Origin: Mytilus trossulus
Taxonomy: Eukaryota
DNA: 64,000 nucleotides
Assembly: GCF_036588685.1 (NCBI RefSeq)
Contig: NC_086382.1
Span: forward strand, 48,918,001-48,982,000
Reading direction: 5' to 3'
Shown here piece by piece: positions 22,401 through 36,003 of this stretch (position 1 is the first letter of the stretch; every line of letters begins with the position of its first letter). The notes beneath the pieces are model-generated. The model saw only the letters and a list, made by a program, of their open reading frames with translations, did not search any database and was not told the DNA's origin. The position numbers and the translations under genes are program-made.

Positions 22401-25400
22401 CTAACGTCACATATTGATTAAAAGAATTCAAATGTAGTTAACAAACTCCAGACAATGTTGATCGGTATTTCGTATGGTAAAAATAACAATAGTATAATTA
22501 TTAAAGTGTTATCCCTATTTGTATTTTGTATGCATAGGCGTGCTCAATGACAGGGTTTATAGACCAAAGTTTTCGTAAGAGATATGCTCTAGGATGTGTC
22601 AATACAACGGTAAGCTATTAACATATTTTCCATTCATTACTTGGTGAATTATTTTATCTCAGAATACTTAGAAATTGATTTGAAATTAAAAATGTCTTAA
22701 CAGAACAACACCCTTAGACAATGCTGATCAGAAAAGAATATGGCTATTTTTTGTAAGTCCAATTTGGTTATACACTTTTTAAATAGGAATAAATCTTTTT
22801 GAATGGGAACATTCTATCATTATCTTTTTCTTTTTAAGTAAGTAAAACTTATTTAGTGAAGTTAATGAAGCAAAAGAAAAAAAACCCAGATATTCGAAAA
22901 AATCGAGTAAAAAAAATATACCGTAGCAAAAAAAAGAAAATGACGAAAAGACAACAACATATTACAAAATACTACTGTAACAAAGAAAACGCAAGGCTTA
23001 TCACATTACACATATATAGTGATATGATCTGATCTGGAACATTCTTCCTACGACACATGTGGTATTTAATTTTTATCACATACTATAATTTCTTATCTCA
23101 TTATTATAAATTGTTTTATCTATACAGCAATGCAATATTTTCCATGAATCACGACACACAAGGAACGAACTACATTTGCCTGGATACTGCTGCAAACAAG
23201 ATAAATGTAATTCCAATCTGGTCAAACCAACGGATCCCCTGTCAGGTAACTCAGCATTAAAATAATTTTATCAGGTTGTTAAACGGGTTCTTTGTACAGT
23301 CTGATTTAATTCTAAGGGACTTTAAGTACATGTAAATTAAATTTCATTGTGTGCGCACATTTACAGCAAACTAATGTAATGTTTTTGGTACAAACATTCC
23401 TCACGCAAATAAAAGGAAAACATTGTAACAAGGTTTTTGTAATTGGATCAATTGAGGTATCAAATACTAGAATTATAAAATTAAAAAAAACACTCAACGC
23501 TTTATGAGATGTTAACTTGAGATGTTAGACTGCTAGGCCACTCAGGATAAGAAGCAACATCCATGTTTATGATTGATGTTCAAATAGTTATAAGTCAAAC
23601 AAATAATTTAAGCAAATAATGAACTGCTTATATTTTCCAATGTCTACTGCTTAACTAATGTGTGCAAATTGGATTGCAATAAAGAACATGATATATACTC
23701 AAAGTTTCTCTCGTCATCATTTTCAGTATCTAAAGAATGCCGTGATGCGACACCATATGCATGCCAATATATGTTAGATAAAAACCAGAATATATGCAAC
23801 CATCACGCTACAACTCGTGAAATATGCGCAGCCATGTGTGGAGAATGTCGTATGTACTGTGTATATTATGTAACTTTTCCAATTATATTTAAAGTATCGT
23901 CATATATATTATGAAAATATTTACTATGATCAAGTAGGATAGATCATTATGACAATTTGTCTTTAGATTTTAGATTTTCCTTTATATTTATTTGATACTA
24001 TAAGTCCTTCAATATGTAGACCATGATCCACTTGTTCAAGTTCACCATAGCGGACGATTCTGTGAATCTCAGAAACAATTAACATATTCTGAAAGAGGGA
24101 AAAACGATACCAGAGGGACAGTCAAACTCATAAAACGAAAATAAACTGACAAGGCCTGGCTAAAGATGAATAAGACAAACAGACAATTAACAGAACACAT
24201 GACAAAACATAGAAAAATAAAGAATAAAAGGAAAGGATGACAACATGTTGATACTAAGTAAACGCTTAGCCTTTTTTCAGACATTTGGAAATGAGTTTTG
24301 AAAATTTGCTGTAAATGTATTGTACCAAAACCAAAATGCCTTTGATATGATATCTTGACAAGTACCTGCATCTGTACTCGTCTTCTTTTACATTAACATA
24401 CACATAAAAAAAATCTGGCATATCATTCTTAAGTTAGTCGCATTGAGTTTGTGGCATTGTTTTAATTGATTTTATTTCGTCAATATGATGGTTTGACGAA
24501 TCTCTATGAGACAAATATTGAGTATTCAAAGTTTTGCAAAAGTTGGTGTACATTTGTACTGTGATTGTGACATAGAGAACAGCTATACAATCATTGGTCA
24601 CATAGGTGGTCAGTGAGTGTATGATTTGTGTGTAGAACTTTGAGTCGTAAATTTTGAAAATATCTTTCCTTTATTGTTACTTAGTGTTAACATAACTATA
24701 TAACTATTCAATTTTAATAGTTTTTTTTATGTTATGCTGCTTATCATTTTTCATTGCTCGTATGATATAAATGTCATATTCATTTCTTTTTTAGCAAACC
24801 TTGTTATGGTATTTGTTATGACTATATGTTGAGTTGTATTGTTATATTGGCTGACATGTTTGTTGATATATTTACAGATGGTCCACTGAGTTGTCTTAAC
24901 TGCACTGATATTGGTGAGAATGAGATATGCCAGACATTTGAATCATGTGACAATGGAAAGGTTTGTGAAATACCAATTATTAACTCGTCCTCAATATGCT
25001 ATTTGAGTCAAATAAACTTTTCGATTAAATGAAAATGATTTTGGAGTTCAGTATTTTTGTGAGTTTACTTTTTGATACTTGTAAATACTTCATCTAATTT
25101 TGGGAATCATAAATATTGGTCACATAACATTTAGGTCATCTAATATTCTTGCAATTTATGGAGTGAAACTAGGACAGGGATAGGCATATAATAATTGTGA
25201 GTTAAGTGATGAAAGATATTGCTGTTTTACGAAATGTTCCTTTAATCTTTCTGACTGATAATTTCTTTTCTTAGCACAGTAGAGTGATATGAAAAGTTGC
25301 CGTTGTAATTTAAATGAAATTCACGACGTTGGTATATTAAGTGAAAAAGCGATAAACAGATTACCATTGGTCATTTCAACTCGATTGGTTTTCTCATTAT

Positions 25401-28400
25401 CGAATATTTACTAAAAAAATATTTGGGATTATAAAAATAAATAGTATAATAAAATTTTTTTTTTGGAATCGACAACTTTTAACTGTTGTCTTTTTCTTTT
25501 CAGCCATTTCGTTGTCAATTTTTTTTTATATTAAATTTGAATGTCCCTCTGGTATCTTTCGTACTTTTTTACAGCATATTTAACGGTTGTTTCGCCATTT
25601 ATGTGTTTTGTTAAGGTTGAACAGCCAAACATTAACAAGCTTTTACATATTTTACTTTCAGAAGTGCATTATTGACCGTGAAGTAAACATTCAGACCATG
25701 GCAGTTAAATACAGGATGGGGTGTTCCACTGCAAATGTAACCATTATAAGTTATCAATTCATTTAAACCATTATATCTATACTGATATGTTGGTTTTATA
25801 ATTTTTGCGCCATTTATAAAAAAACCAACATAAACTTGTTTCTTGCAACACGGTATGCTGATTTTAATATGGGTAGGCATTATATTTGTCATTATACTTT
25901 TTCATGCTGCATTGTACGATTTATGATTTTTACAACTTACATCTAACTTAAAATGTAATGTATTGATGTTTTTATATCCATTCAATAAAATTTCCTTTAA
26001 ATTGAGAATTACCAGTTGAAATTGAATTAACAACCACACAAGTTCATAAAAAATTGAAAGTGATTTTGAACAATGAAATATTTTGAACAGGTCTGTTCTG
26101 CAATGGCGAATGGTCATGACGCGTCTTGTTGCAATACGCATTCCTGTAATAACCAAGTTTTGCTGCTTTCAAAACTGTCTCAGACAACAGTTCCAAGTAC
26201 GATAACAACAACACCAACAACGACAACTCAGCCAACTACGACAACACAGACAACAACAACAACTAGGCCAACAACGACAACACAGACAACGACGACAGCT
26301 CAGCCAACAACTATAACAACAGAGCAACCCACCACTACAACAATCAGAGTAACGTACCCAGCGCGTATGATATATATTTATTTTCTATTGATATCTTTCC
26401 TGATGTTTCCCATCGAATATTGCTGTATTGGCAAATTCATTCGAAATTTTGGGTTCTTAATGGTTTACAACTTCAAACGTTTTTTTGCCTTTTGAACATT
26501 TTGTATTCGAGCATCACTGATAAATCTGTATTATCGTTACGAGCGCCTTAAGAATACAAATACATGTCTAAATCTGTATCAAATCCTTTACGTTTTGAGT
26601 GGTAAACTTTTCCTTAGATGAAATTAAAAACAAAAATGTGACCCCAGTATTTTTGCATCGAACAGTTATATATAATTAAAGTTCTAAACATCTTTAATTC
26701 CTTAAATTTACATAAACGGTCATTTCTGATAATAAGACAACTTTTGTTTAGCTAGCTTTATTTTTTTTTCAGTGAACTGTGGAGTAGATTTTGTACAAGT
26801 TGGTGGGACATGTTATTATATTAACCCAGAAGGCAGGACAGAGATATGGGAAGATGCAAAGGTATAAATTGTATGATTATTGATCTGCATAACTATGTAT
26901 GTCTTGTTATATCAAAAGTAAATTTTAAATGTGTATCAGTGCAATGTAAAACGTTATGGTGAGATTTGGTTGCCCGAAAACATGTTTTAAAGAGGAGCGG
27001 AAGATACCAGAGGGATATTCAAACTCATAGATAAAAAAAAAAAATGACAAAGCCATGGCTAAAAAAAAAAAGACAAACAGACAAACAATATTCTAATGCA
27101 ATTATTTTGTAACAATTGTTCTGATTGGATTACAGCTAGCGTAAAATTCTCTATCTCCTTGTCTGTAACTAAGGAAGCCGACATTTTGAATTTCGGAATG
27201 TATTCCCATGTTTATTCTACAATAATAAACAAAAAACTCACTTGTTGCGCCCTAAAAATCTTCTTTTTAGCAAATTTTATTACATTCTGAAGCGGCACAG
27301 AAGCCAGAAAACGCCAGGTGTTTATGTTTGACGCCGGAAGCATACATATGACGTCACATAGTGTAGGGATCAAAGAACATAACATCTTTTCGCGGAATTT
27401 TCTTTAAAGAACATTTTACACTGAAATAATGATTAAAATTTAATCATAAACTTGTTTTGCATTAGAATAGAGATAATTGTATTGTATTTGAAGCTTTGCG
27501 GACGTCCATCCGCGTCGCCAGGTAAAATAAATTTGCGACAGTAAAACTACCGATGGACGTCCGTAAAGCTTCAGATACAATACAGTTATCTCTTAATTAC
27601 TCAAAACACAACATAGAAAATAATAATAATGTACCAAATTCGTTGTGTGTCTACCCACACGTAGGAGCATGTAATGAAATGATGACACTACCGGACGACG
27701 TTTCGGTCTCTAGTCAAGAGTATCATCGGATATACACACGTAGTAAGCATTTTTGTGTAAAAGTAAAATATATTTAACAGGTTTTTGTTTTTGGCTGTTT
27801 GTTGAACAATGATTTGTTTTATCACTAGGTATACATGGACAGATGTATTTGGTGCATTAATTTGTAGCGGTTTGATCAGTTCAGAATGTTTTAAAATTTC
27901 TCATATGTTATGGACTTGTAACTGTTTCGATTTGAACACTTACGACGACTTTTCTGTAGACGAAAAGTACAATCGACGTACTAAATTATTTGCCTGGCAT
28001 ATTTGATGAGTTTACACAAACCTTGGGTCGAGGTCACTGCTAGTGGAATTTTCGTACATGAAACAATTATTAGCAAAGATGTTAGTACTTCTGTTTTGAG
28101 CACAGGCACTTGTCTCAGAAATTTAGAAAAATGTTAGGTGGTGACGAAGTTCCGTTATATGCCGCTTTACAGGCTGTCAACCTCACTAAAGCTTGTTATA
28201 TCGTAAATTTAAATTGATTTATCTATACAATGGTGTATAACATGCCTACATTTGTTGTCGGAATCATCCGTAGCAATCCTACCAAAGTATGTCAATCGTA
28301 ACAATTTTGCAAACCGCTGAAGAATTGGCAATAAACGGCCGCAGTAAATGATTTATTATAATAATTGTTGTAAAAATAACTGTTAGTTTTCGTATGAATA

Positions 28401-30916
28401 GAACTTATCATACAGTTAGTAAAAATGTATGATATACCGTGAAAAAATCTAACAAGTGTTGTTTGTGGTATGTCTAAGTTACAAGTTTTCCCATGACGTC
28501 AATTATGTCTTGCAGACTCTCTCTTGACTTTACGTATGAAATGAAACAAGATCAGATAACTCCGAGAATCATTTAGACTTTCCCATAGAATTGACCAATC
28601 GGAAACCGAGATATACAAGGAGCATGACGCGTTTATTGCCAATTCTTCAGCGGTTTGCAAAATTAAAACGATTGACATACTTTGGTAGGATTGCTACGGA
28701 TGATTCCGACAATAAATGTAGGCATGTTATACACCATTGTAAAGATAAATCAATTTAGATTTACGACAAAACAGGCTTTAGTGGGATTAACAGCATATAA
28801 AGCGGCATATAACGGAACTTCGTCACCACCCAACATTTTTCTAAAATGCAAGTTAAATACCTTGTGTTATAATAAGGTATATAGGATTTTTTTTTCTGAG
28901 ACAAGTGCCTGTGGTTTTGAGATATAATATAACTGCAGATACATTCATATTTGGAAGATTGTAATGTTCCTAAAACATTGAATTATTCGAAGCCTTTAGG
29001 TTTTTCTATCCCCATGCATATATGACCTTAGATGTATTTTGCCACATTTGTTTTGATTTTTGTTTCAATAATCTTCAATTTCATACTTGTTTATAGCTTT
29101 ATAACATTTTAGCAAAATGTAAATGCGGCATAAGACTATAAGCTAGACATAAAACCAGGTTTAAGCCATTATTTAAAATAATAAGAAATATTGGAGTTGC
29201 TGGCCTTAACTCTCTACAATAGGTAAACAATTCTGTCTATTTAGTTATTTTTCTGTAAAAAGCTACGTAAAGCTTAATTTTATATATTTTTTTTTAAAAA
29301 GCCGTATCAATGATATAAAACATATGATTTTCTTCAAACAGAGGAAAACTTTTACAAATAAATTACTCTACTCTAAATTGATTAAAGATATCAGCCGATT
29401 GTTTTTCTGCTATTTTTTTAATTCAAGACTGTGAAAATAGCCAATCTACACTGAAGTAGAATACTTTTTTTTATTGAACACACTGGTGCGATAGCGTGGA
29501 CTTACACTTAAAGGTGGTACCAAACACCTTTACTTAAATTAATTCGACTTGTTTAATTTTCATAAAATTTTGACAAAATGCTTACTTTGACCATATGACA
29601 AAAATATGATTTAAAAAAAAAAACTTGAACATCACACTTTATCTGAAAATTTTTTCGTTGGACAAATATAAGTAATTAAAACGATCAGCTATTTTTTTCA
29701 GAGTTATCTCCCTGCAGTGTTATGTACCACCTTATTCATCTCTACGAATAAATTAATACAAGCAGCCTAACATTCTATTTACTCTTTAAACCGTCTGTTG
29801 AACTCTAGGTGACTATTGAGCTTCTTTTTTCGGGTTGCTGTTTAATTTACGTATATCCAGCATTTCCTCTAAATGATATGCTTTTAACTTTTCTTAACAA
29901 AACATTCATATGTCCTTTGTTTCCATGCGTTTGGTATGTTTGCTTTTGTCATTTGTTTGGAGACAGTGCGTTTAGAAGCGACTTTGGAGTTCTGATTTTT
30001 TGCCATTTCACCTTTTTTGGTAACAAAAATACGAAAGTTTTCTTGATACTTTTGTCTTTTTTAATGGCATTTTTCATTCATTGAATCTCTCCTGGAATTT
30101 CTTTTTTTTTCAGGTTATCTGCATGGCATTAGATAGTCAGCTGGTAGAATTTGAGACAGAAAGAGAATTAAAGGAAATGAAAAATTATCTTATATCCAAA
30201 CACGGTACAGTTTGATTATAAAAGTTACAGTTACATAACAATAGTCAAAGTTGGCAAAGATCTAGAATTCACGTCAACATATGCAACTTATATGACATGA
30301 TGATCAGCTAGATTTTTCATATTCAAATGTAAAACTCTATTAAAAAATAAAAGTTCTTTGTGAGAAAATCCACATACAATTATAAAAGTTTAAATCAAAA
30401 TAAAACACCATTTGTATCAAGTGATATAGCTTAAACAGTTATTAAACCAATATATTATAGGGTTACCATTCGAAAAATGCAACCGACAATTTTTTCAATA
30501 AATGACACAGAAAATTTATTAAATTTCATAAAAGTTCATTAATTATTCAGGAAATATCAAGGAAGCTATCAAAATATTAAGAACAGACAGCATTTAAACG
30601 CAAGGTGACATATGGTGGTCACTTTGTGGTTGATATTTTATTGACGCCATTATCTAATCTTTCTTTTATTCCTGATGGTGATATTTTTACAGGTTATGAC
30701 CGACATTATTCATATTGGATTGGTGGGAAGAAAAACCCTCAATCATCAAGCTGGGAATGGGATTCTAGTAATTCACCTATTTTAACAACTGCATGGTTCG
30801 GAGACAAAGACAGTAACACGCAAGGAGAATGTTTAGAATACGGAGCAATGTATGATTTTAAGTGGTATGGTGGACGATGTCACCTTCAATCTAATTTCAT
30901 TTGTGAAAAGAAATAA
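19432..30916 (+). CDS. Secreted mosaic protein: signal peptide - ShK-like - Ly6/uPAR(LU) - ShKT - LU - Thr-rich stalk - C-type lectin-like domain, 12 exons, 463 aa
   Basis: Exons 19432-19465, 19788-19922, 21483-21556, 22538-22609, 23128-23245, 23727-23849, 24878-24960, 25662-25736, 26091-26364, 26773-26861, 30114-30204, 30693-30916; total 1392 nt, open frame. Hydrophobic N-terminus MESFRLVLSVIVSLAHLGLPVLS. Two 10-Cys LU domains (LSCFKC...CCKQDKCN and LSCLNC...CCNTHSCN). ShKT domain CRDATPYAC...CAAMCGEC. CTLD with CYY, WEDAK, WIGG and FICEK. Confidence 0.85.
20143..20186 (+). ncRNA. Minimal type I hammerhead ribozyme, intact core, in repeat unit ~19995-20220 (intron 2 of the ShK/LU/CTLD gene, sense)
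   Basis: GCGTAA-CTGATGA-GTTTT(ATG)AAGAC-GAAA-C(GCGC)G-TC^TGGCGT. The CUGAUGA, GAAA and GUC boxes are all present. Predicted cleavage after 20180. Confidence 0.85.
20607..20750 (+). repeat. Dispersed repeat family D (AAATAAAGGCAACAGTAGTATACCGCTGTTCAAAA...)
   Basis: Also at 33292-33480 (+) and 41147-41332 (-). Confidence 0.75.
27093..27596. mobile_element. Non-autonomous element with short inverted repeat plus terminal long hairpin (Crypton/HINE-like architecture)
   Basis: TCTAATGCAA (27092) / TTGCATTAGA (27457). Hairpin with 42-bp arms at 27469-27510 and 27552-27593. Confidence 0.6.
28101..28913. mobile_element. Long-TIR MITE, P-element-like
   Basis: Termini CACAGGCACTTGTCTCAGAAA...TTTCTGAGACAAGTGCCTGTG. 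Inverted arms about 28101-28337 and 28631-28913. Perfect 8-bp TSD GTTTTGAG (28093-28100 and 28914-28921). Confidence 0.9.
29511..29732. mobile_element. Kolobok-like MITE
   Basis: TIR AAGGTGGTAC(C/A)(A/T)AACAC at both ends, in TTAA/TTA context. Confidence 0.7.
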
Positions 30917-30932
30917 TTCTCCCTTACGGCAT

Positions 30933-30938
30933 AATAAA
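30933..30938 (+). promoter_or_regulatory. Candidate polyadenylation signal of the ShK/LU/CTLD gene
   Basis: AATAAA 17 nt after the stop codon. AT-rich background makes chance matches common. Confidence 0.4.
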
Positions 30939-33291
30939 ATACAGTAAACCTTTAGGATTTTTGTTTGTTAAAATTACAAATACAAAAAGTTGTTAAATGT
31001 ATGGATACTTTATGACTTTACCATTTCAGATACATCCCGTAATATACACTATTGTTTCAGGTAAAAGTGAAGGTTGTTATCTATGAAAAAGTTTAACCCC
31101 GCTGCATTTGTGGTTGTCGTTTGTTGATTTGGTTTATAAGTGTTTCTCGTTTTTGTATATAGATAAGATCTTTGGTTTTCCTGTTTAAATGGTTTTTCAC
31201 TTGTCATTTGTGATGCTTTTTATATCTTGCTGCTCCGTGTTAAAGACTAAAGTACTTTGGCTTACAGGGGTTTAGTTTTTTCAAATTTTGACTTTGATGG
31301 AGAGATGTCTTATTCATCTTCTTATATCTAATTGATTCTTAATTTTCTTTCTAGGAAATTGCCTGTACCAATTCAGGAATATGACAGTTGTTATCTATTC
31401 GTTTGATGTGATTGAACTTTTGATTGTATCAATTGCTATTGACTTTCCTTTTTAAACTTTTTCTCGGAGTTAGTTTTTTTGTTGTTATTTTCTATGTCTG
31501 GTAAAATAAAGCAAGTCTTACTAACAAGTATTGCAATCTCACCGTGAAATATCCGGTAATTTGCTGTAAAGTTTTTTTTATCATGAAGTTGTTGAAGGAC
31601 AGTTTTAACTGCTTTTTTGTAAGGCGTTTACTTATGTCAGTCTGTCCGTTACACAGATACATATTATATAATATGGGCTTTATGAAAACGGCTGTGGTCC
31701 TTTCAATTTATCATCACCACAATCTTGTTTCTTTTTTTGACAGAGGCATATCGAATTGTGCTTGTCGTCGGTTTCGTGCTTATATGAGCTACACGACGTG
31801 TACACACATGGATATGGATTTGCTTAACCTTTGGAAGTATAAACACCAGTTTTCTTTGTGGGATTCCTGTGTATTAGATTTAAGTTTTTTTGTTTTGTTT
31901 AGCTATCTATTTGATAACGTTCTCCACTCTTTTACTTTTTTCCACCATTGACGATTTTGCAGTATAAATAAAATGACATAAAATGTTTGCATATTGATGA
32001 GATGTCAACACAGCGACATTAATAACAAAGACATTTTAAGGTAAAATAACGGCCTTTTACAACAGAAAAATGCCTATACAACATGTAAACCTTTAAAATG
32101 CTAACGTCTTACAACGTTGTCAATAAACTTAACAAAAGCAACCAAAGACCCGTATACAGCACACGATTCTTTAGATAATGACATATAACAAATCCCAAAC
32201 ACATTTTTAGCTTTAAACATGCACATTATCATGCGACTGGATATCACAATTCATACACTTTTTCAATCATGATTCATTCTTTGGTAATTAGTTATCTCAT
32301 TGGCAATCATTTCAAATCCAGCTTGTCAATACTCTTCAACTGCGTACTATTTTTGAATTTATAATGTTTTTGTAGTACAAATTATACACCTGATATCTCT
32401 TATGAGGTTGTTGATAAACAATGACGTTACATAATTTTGTAGTTTGCGGATAAGATTTATGAAAAGATTATGGCTATATAATTGAGACAAAATACTCCTC
32501 AATTGTACCAGCTCGATATATCACACCGACAGCCAAAGCTGAATATTTCACGTTCTAGCTTTTTAAAATACAGAAATGCAGAACCAGTTCCCCTGAGAAA
32601 CAATGCAATACCCGGATGTAATATTTTGATTCTGAGCCAGTTAGTTTTTATTGTTACTCTCAGTGATCCGTGTTAATCGTATAAGAACACCATTGATTGA
32701 TTATTGCTTGGTTGTTTAATGTCTATTGGCACATATTTGATACCTGTTCAGAACGAAAACCAATTAAGAATCATCAACAGGTAGTAAAAGTCATTTGGGG
32801 AGGCGCGATTAAGACTGCCTCCAAATTCAGGTACAGGGGAGAGGGACAGACATTTTGCCTTGTAATAGGCGACATTTGAAAGAGTTGTTTCGAGGCTTTT
32901 TTTTTTACGTGCAGAGACCTTCGCACTTTTTTTACACCAGGGATATGATTTTAGCATTAACGATCATTACAAAGTAAAGGTCCTTTGATAGAGGCATGTA
33001 TGGGGTCATTAAGACTGCCTCTATGAATTCAGGTATATTGGTGAGGGACAGAAATTGCATTTTAATAGACCAATTAAGGACCCTTCAGACAGGTGATTCC
33101 AGATTTTCATATGTTTCGAAAGATAAATAAATGCGGATTTCGGAAAACGATTTAATATATCTTTTCACAAAGATATTTTCTCAATCTGTCTAACAATAAT
33201 AATTGTTTATAAAAATTTCATGATTTTTGAAAATAAAGATTTCTGCACTTTATTTATCTTATTTACAAAAATCATTGGTTATTTTGTCATA

Positions 33292-33480
33292 AATAAAGGC
33301 AACAGTAGTATACCGCTGTTCAAAACTCATAAATCCATGGACAAAAAACAAAATCGGGGTAACAAACTAAAACCTAGGGAAACGCATTAAATATAAGAGA
33401 AGAACAACGACATAACACTAAAATGTAACACACATAGACAAAATCCCACGAGAATAACAAATATAAAATATATATAACAT
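33292..33480 (+). repeat. Dispersed repeat family D
   Basis: Near-identical to the reverse complement of 41147-41332. Confidence 0.8.
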
Positions 33481-36003
33481 CATAAAATTAAAGAATAAAG
33501 AATCTTCATACGTTACAAATTTAAAAGCTCAAATACATCAAACGAATGGAAAACAACTGTCTTGGTACGGGCATTTAATTTTGTAGTTATCTATCGCAGG
33601 CATATAATAACTGTATCTCAACAGTTATTTTAAAACCAGTTTATATAATATAAAAACAAAAATAACACTGATTCATATACAAACAATAACTGTTTACGGA
33701 CAATTTTCGGTGGACATGTATTGTAGAAAATAATCTTAAAACAGTCAATAAAAATAATTTGAATAACTCTAATGATTGCAAATTGATTTAGCAAAATTGA
33801 AATATGTTGGTTACTTGGTCTGTTGTACTGTCCTATGTATTTGTTAATTTGCCAGAATTTGATAAAATAAACTTTCATTAATGGCTTATGAAATTTAAAA
33901 TAAATTCATAGTTAAATATTTATTTATTAATGTCCCCAAAATACATAAATTCAGCTAGAAAAAAGTTCGTACGCGTTACGATCTTTTATAATGCACTTGT
34001 ACATAGTCAAAAAATAAAATCATATATAAACTGACCCATACACTATTTGAGACAATTTTTTTTGTAAAGAAGATAGATATAAGGTATAAATTAATACTTG
34101 GATTTTCTGTAAAAATAACAGTATATAAATACATGCATACAGATAAATTGAATAAGCATTTAAGCAATGATAATTTGCACTATATTTGAAATTCATTCTA
34201 ACGTGAACTTGTTTATGTTATAATTTTTGTTTGCTTTTATTACTTAAACGAATTGTCTCTTGCTCCTGAGATAATCTTGGATAAAATTTAACAGAGCCAA
34301 TTTACAACTCTGCGTAACATTTTTCAAATGCCAAACTATCTTCAAAAGCTCTTATTATTGGATTTCATGCAACATTCTATTTCAATTCTTTGAACAAAAT
34401 TCTAATATATTATGAATAAGCAAACTTTTTGTTTTTTATCATTGAAAAATTGAACCAAGTTTGAGATTGAAACGTGATTTTCATAAAATACCATAAAACT
34501 TGACTGACCGGTCATAAACGGAAGAGATTAATGCAATATCGCAAATAGTTTCAGAGAGGTCGTATTCTATCTATAAACAACACGCATTCCTATTTTATCT
34601 GATAACCTCATTCATATTTGGAGGATGACAGAATCATCACACAGATGTTATTTATTTCTATACAAAGTCAGCAGATCTGACATAGCTTTTCACAGATTTG
34701 ATAGTTAATAAGCATGCAATCAAAACATGTATAGATAAGTACACTACAAAATTACAAAATAAAAGTTTGATACCAATATAAAAGGACAACTGTAGCTAGG
34801 AATAGTTAGTTTATTTCTAGATATTTACACAACTAAAAAATGTCAGTAAACATTTGAGGACAATAGTTTTAACGAAAGACCTTCTTTACTGTAACAGAAA
34901 TATTGTTAAAACTACCAATTTGAAAATAACAAGGTTCGGTATGATTGCCAATGAGACAACTCTCCATCGAAGACCAAATGGCATAAAAAATTAAAACTAC
35001 AGATCAGCGTTTGATTATTTAGAAAATAAAATCAAAAATAAATTCATACAACTAATTTTGATTCTCATATATATGTGAAAAGTAACTAAAAATATGCAGG
35101 TCTTGTCCATTCGTTTTTGATGTGTTTTGTCATTTGATTTTGCCATGTGATTATGGACTTTCTGATTGGATTTTCCTCTGAGTTCAGTATGTTTGTGATT
35201 TTACTTTTCCCCCTTGTTTTGTTATTTAAGATAGATGCGTTGTTTAAGTTGCAACTTTCTATAAAGAAACTATAAAATAAAACTATTCTCTTGAAATAAT
35301 TATTAAAATAGAACAGGCACATTCGAGTAGAATATATGTAAAAGCTTCAAATCTGACATTATTCGATTTGAATCTAAGAATCATTTCATACTCAGTACGC
35401 TAAGTTAAGATAAGGAATAGGTGAAAATATAAAGTACAATTTGATAAATTAATATCGTGCAGTTTTGATAAGAAGACGCGATGAATTTGCGTTAGGAAGT
35501 TACGTTAATGGTTACATCCTTTCAAAATCTGTCTTAAAGTAGGCAAACTTTATACGTATTAGATAGGTGAAAAAGTAAATACTGAGAAAGTTTTGATTAA
35601 CAAGCATTCAGTATGTGCTTTGGTTTCAATTGCTGCTTTTAAAATCTCAGGCCTAATATGTCTAATATGAAAAAGAAAATTATTAGTAAATAAGAAAAAA
35701 ATAATCATAGTATCATTTAAAAAAACATGTACGCAGCACGTACCATATACTTAAAGGTACAGGTCTATATTCATATAAATCATCAATCGATTACCATATC
35801 CAAAATCTTATTCTGCACACAGCTTATTTCATGTTACATGTTGAGATTCAGTTGTAACTGTTACTTTAAAATTTTAAAAATTATTTCTAATCGATTTATT
35901 TAACAATAAATCATATAACCTTGTAACAAACATCTATTCATAAAGTTACTCTAAAAAAAATATAAATAAAACAAACAACAGATGGACGGAAATGTCGGTA
36001 CTT

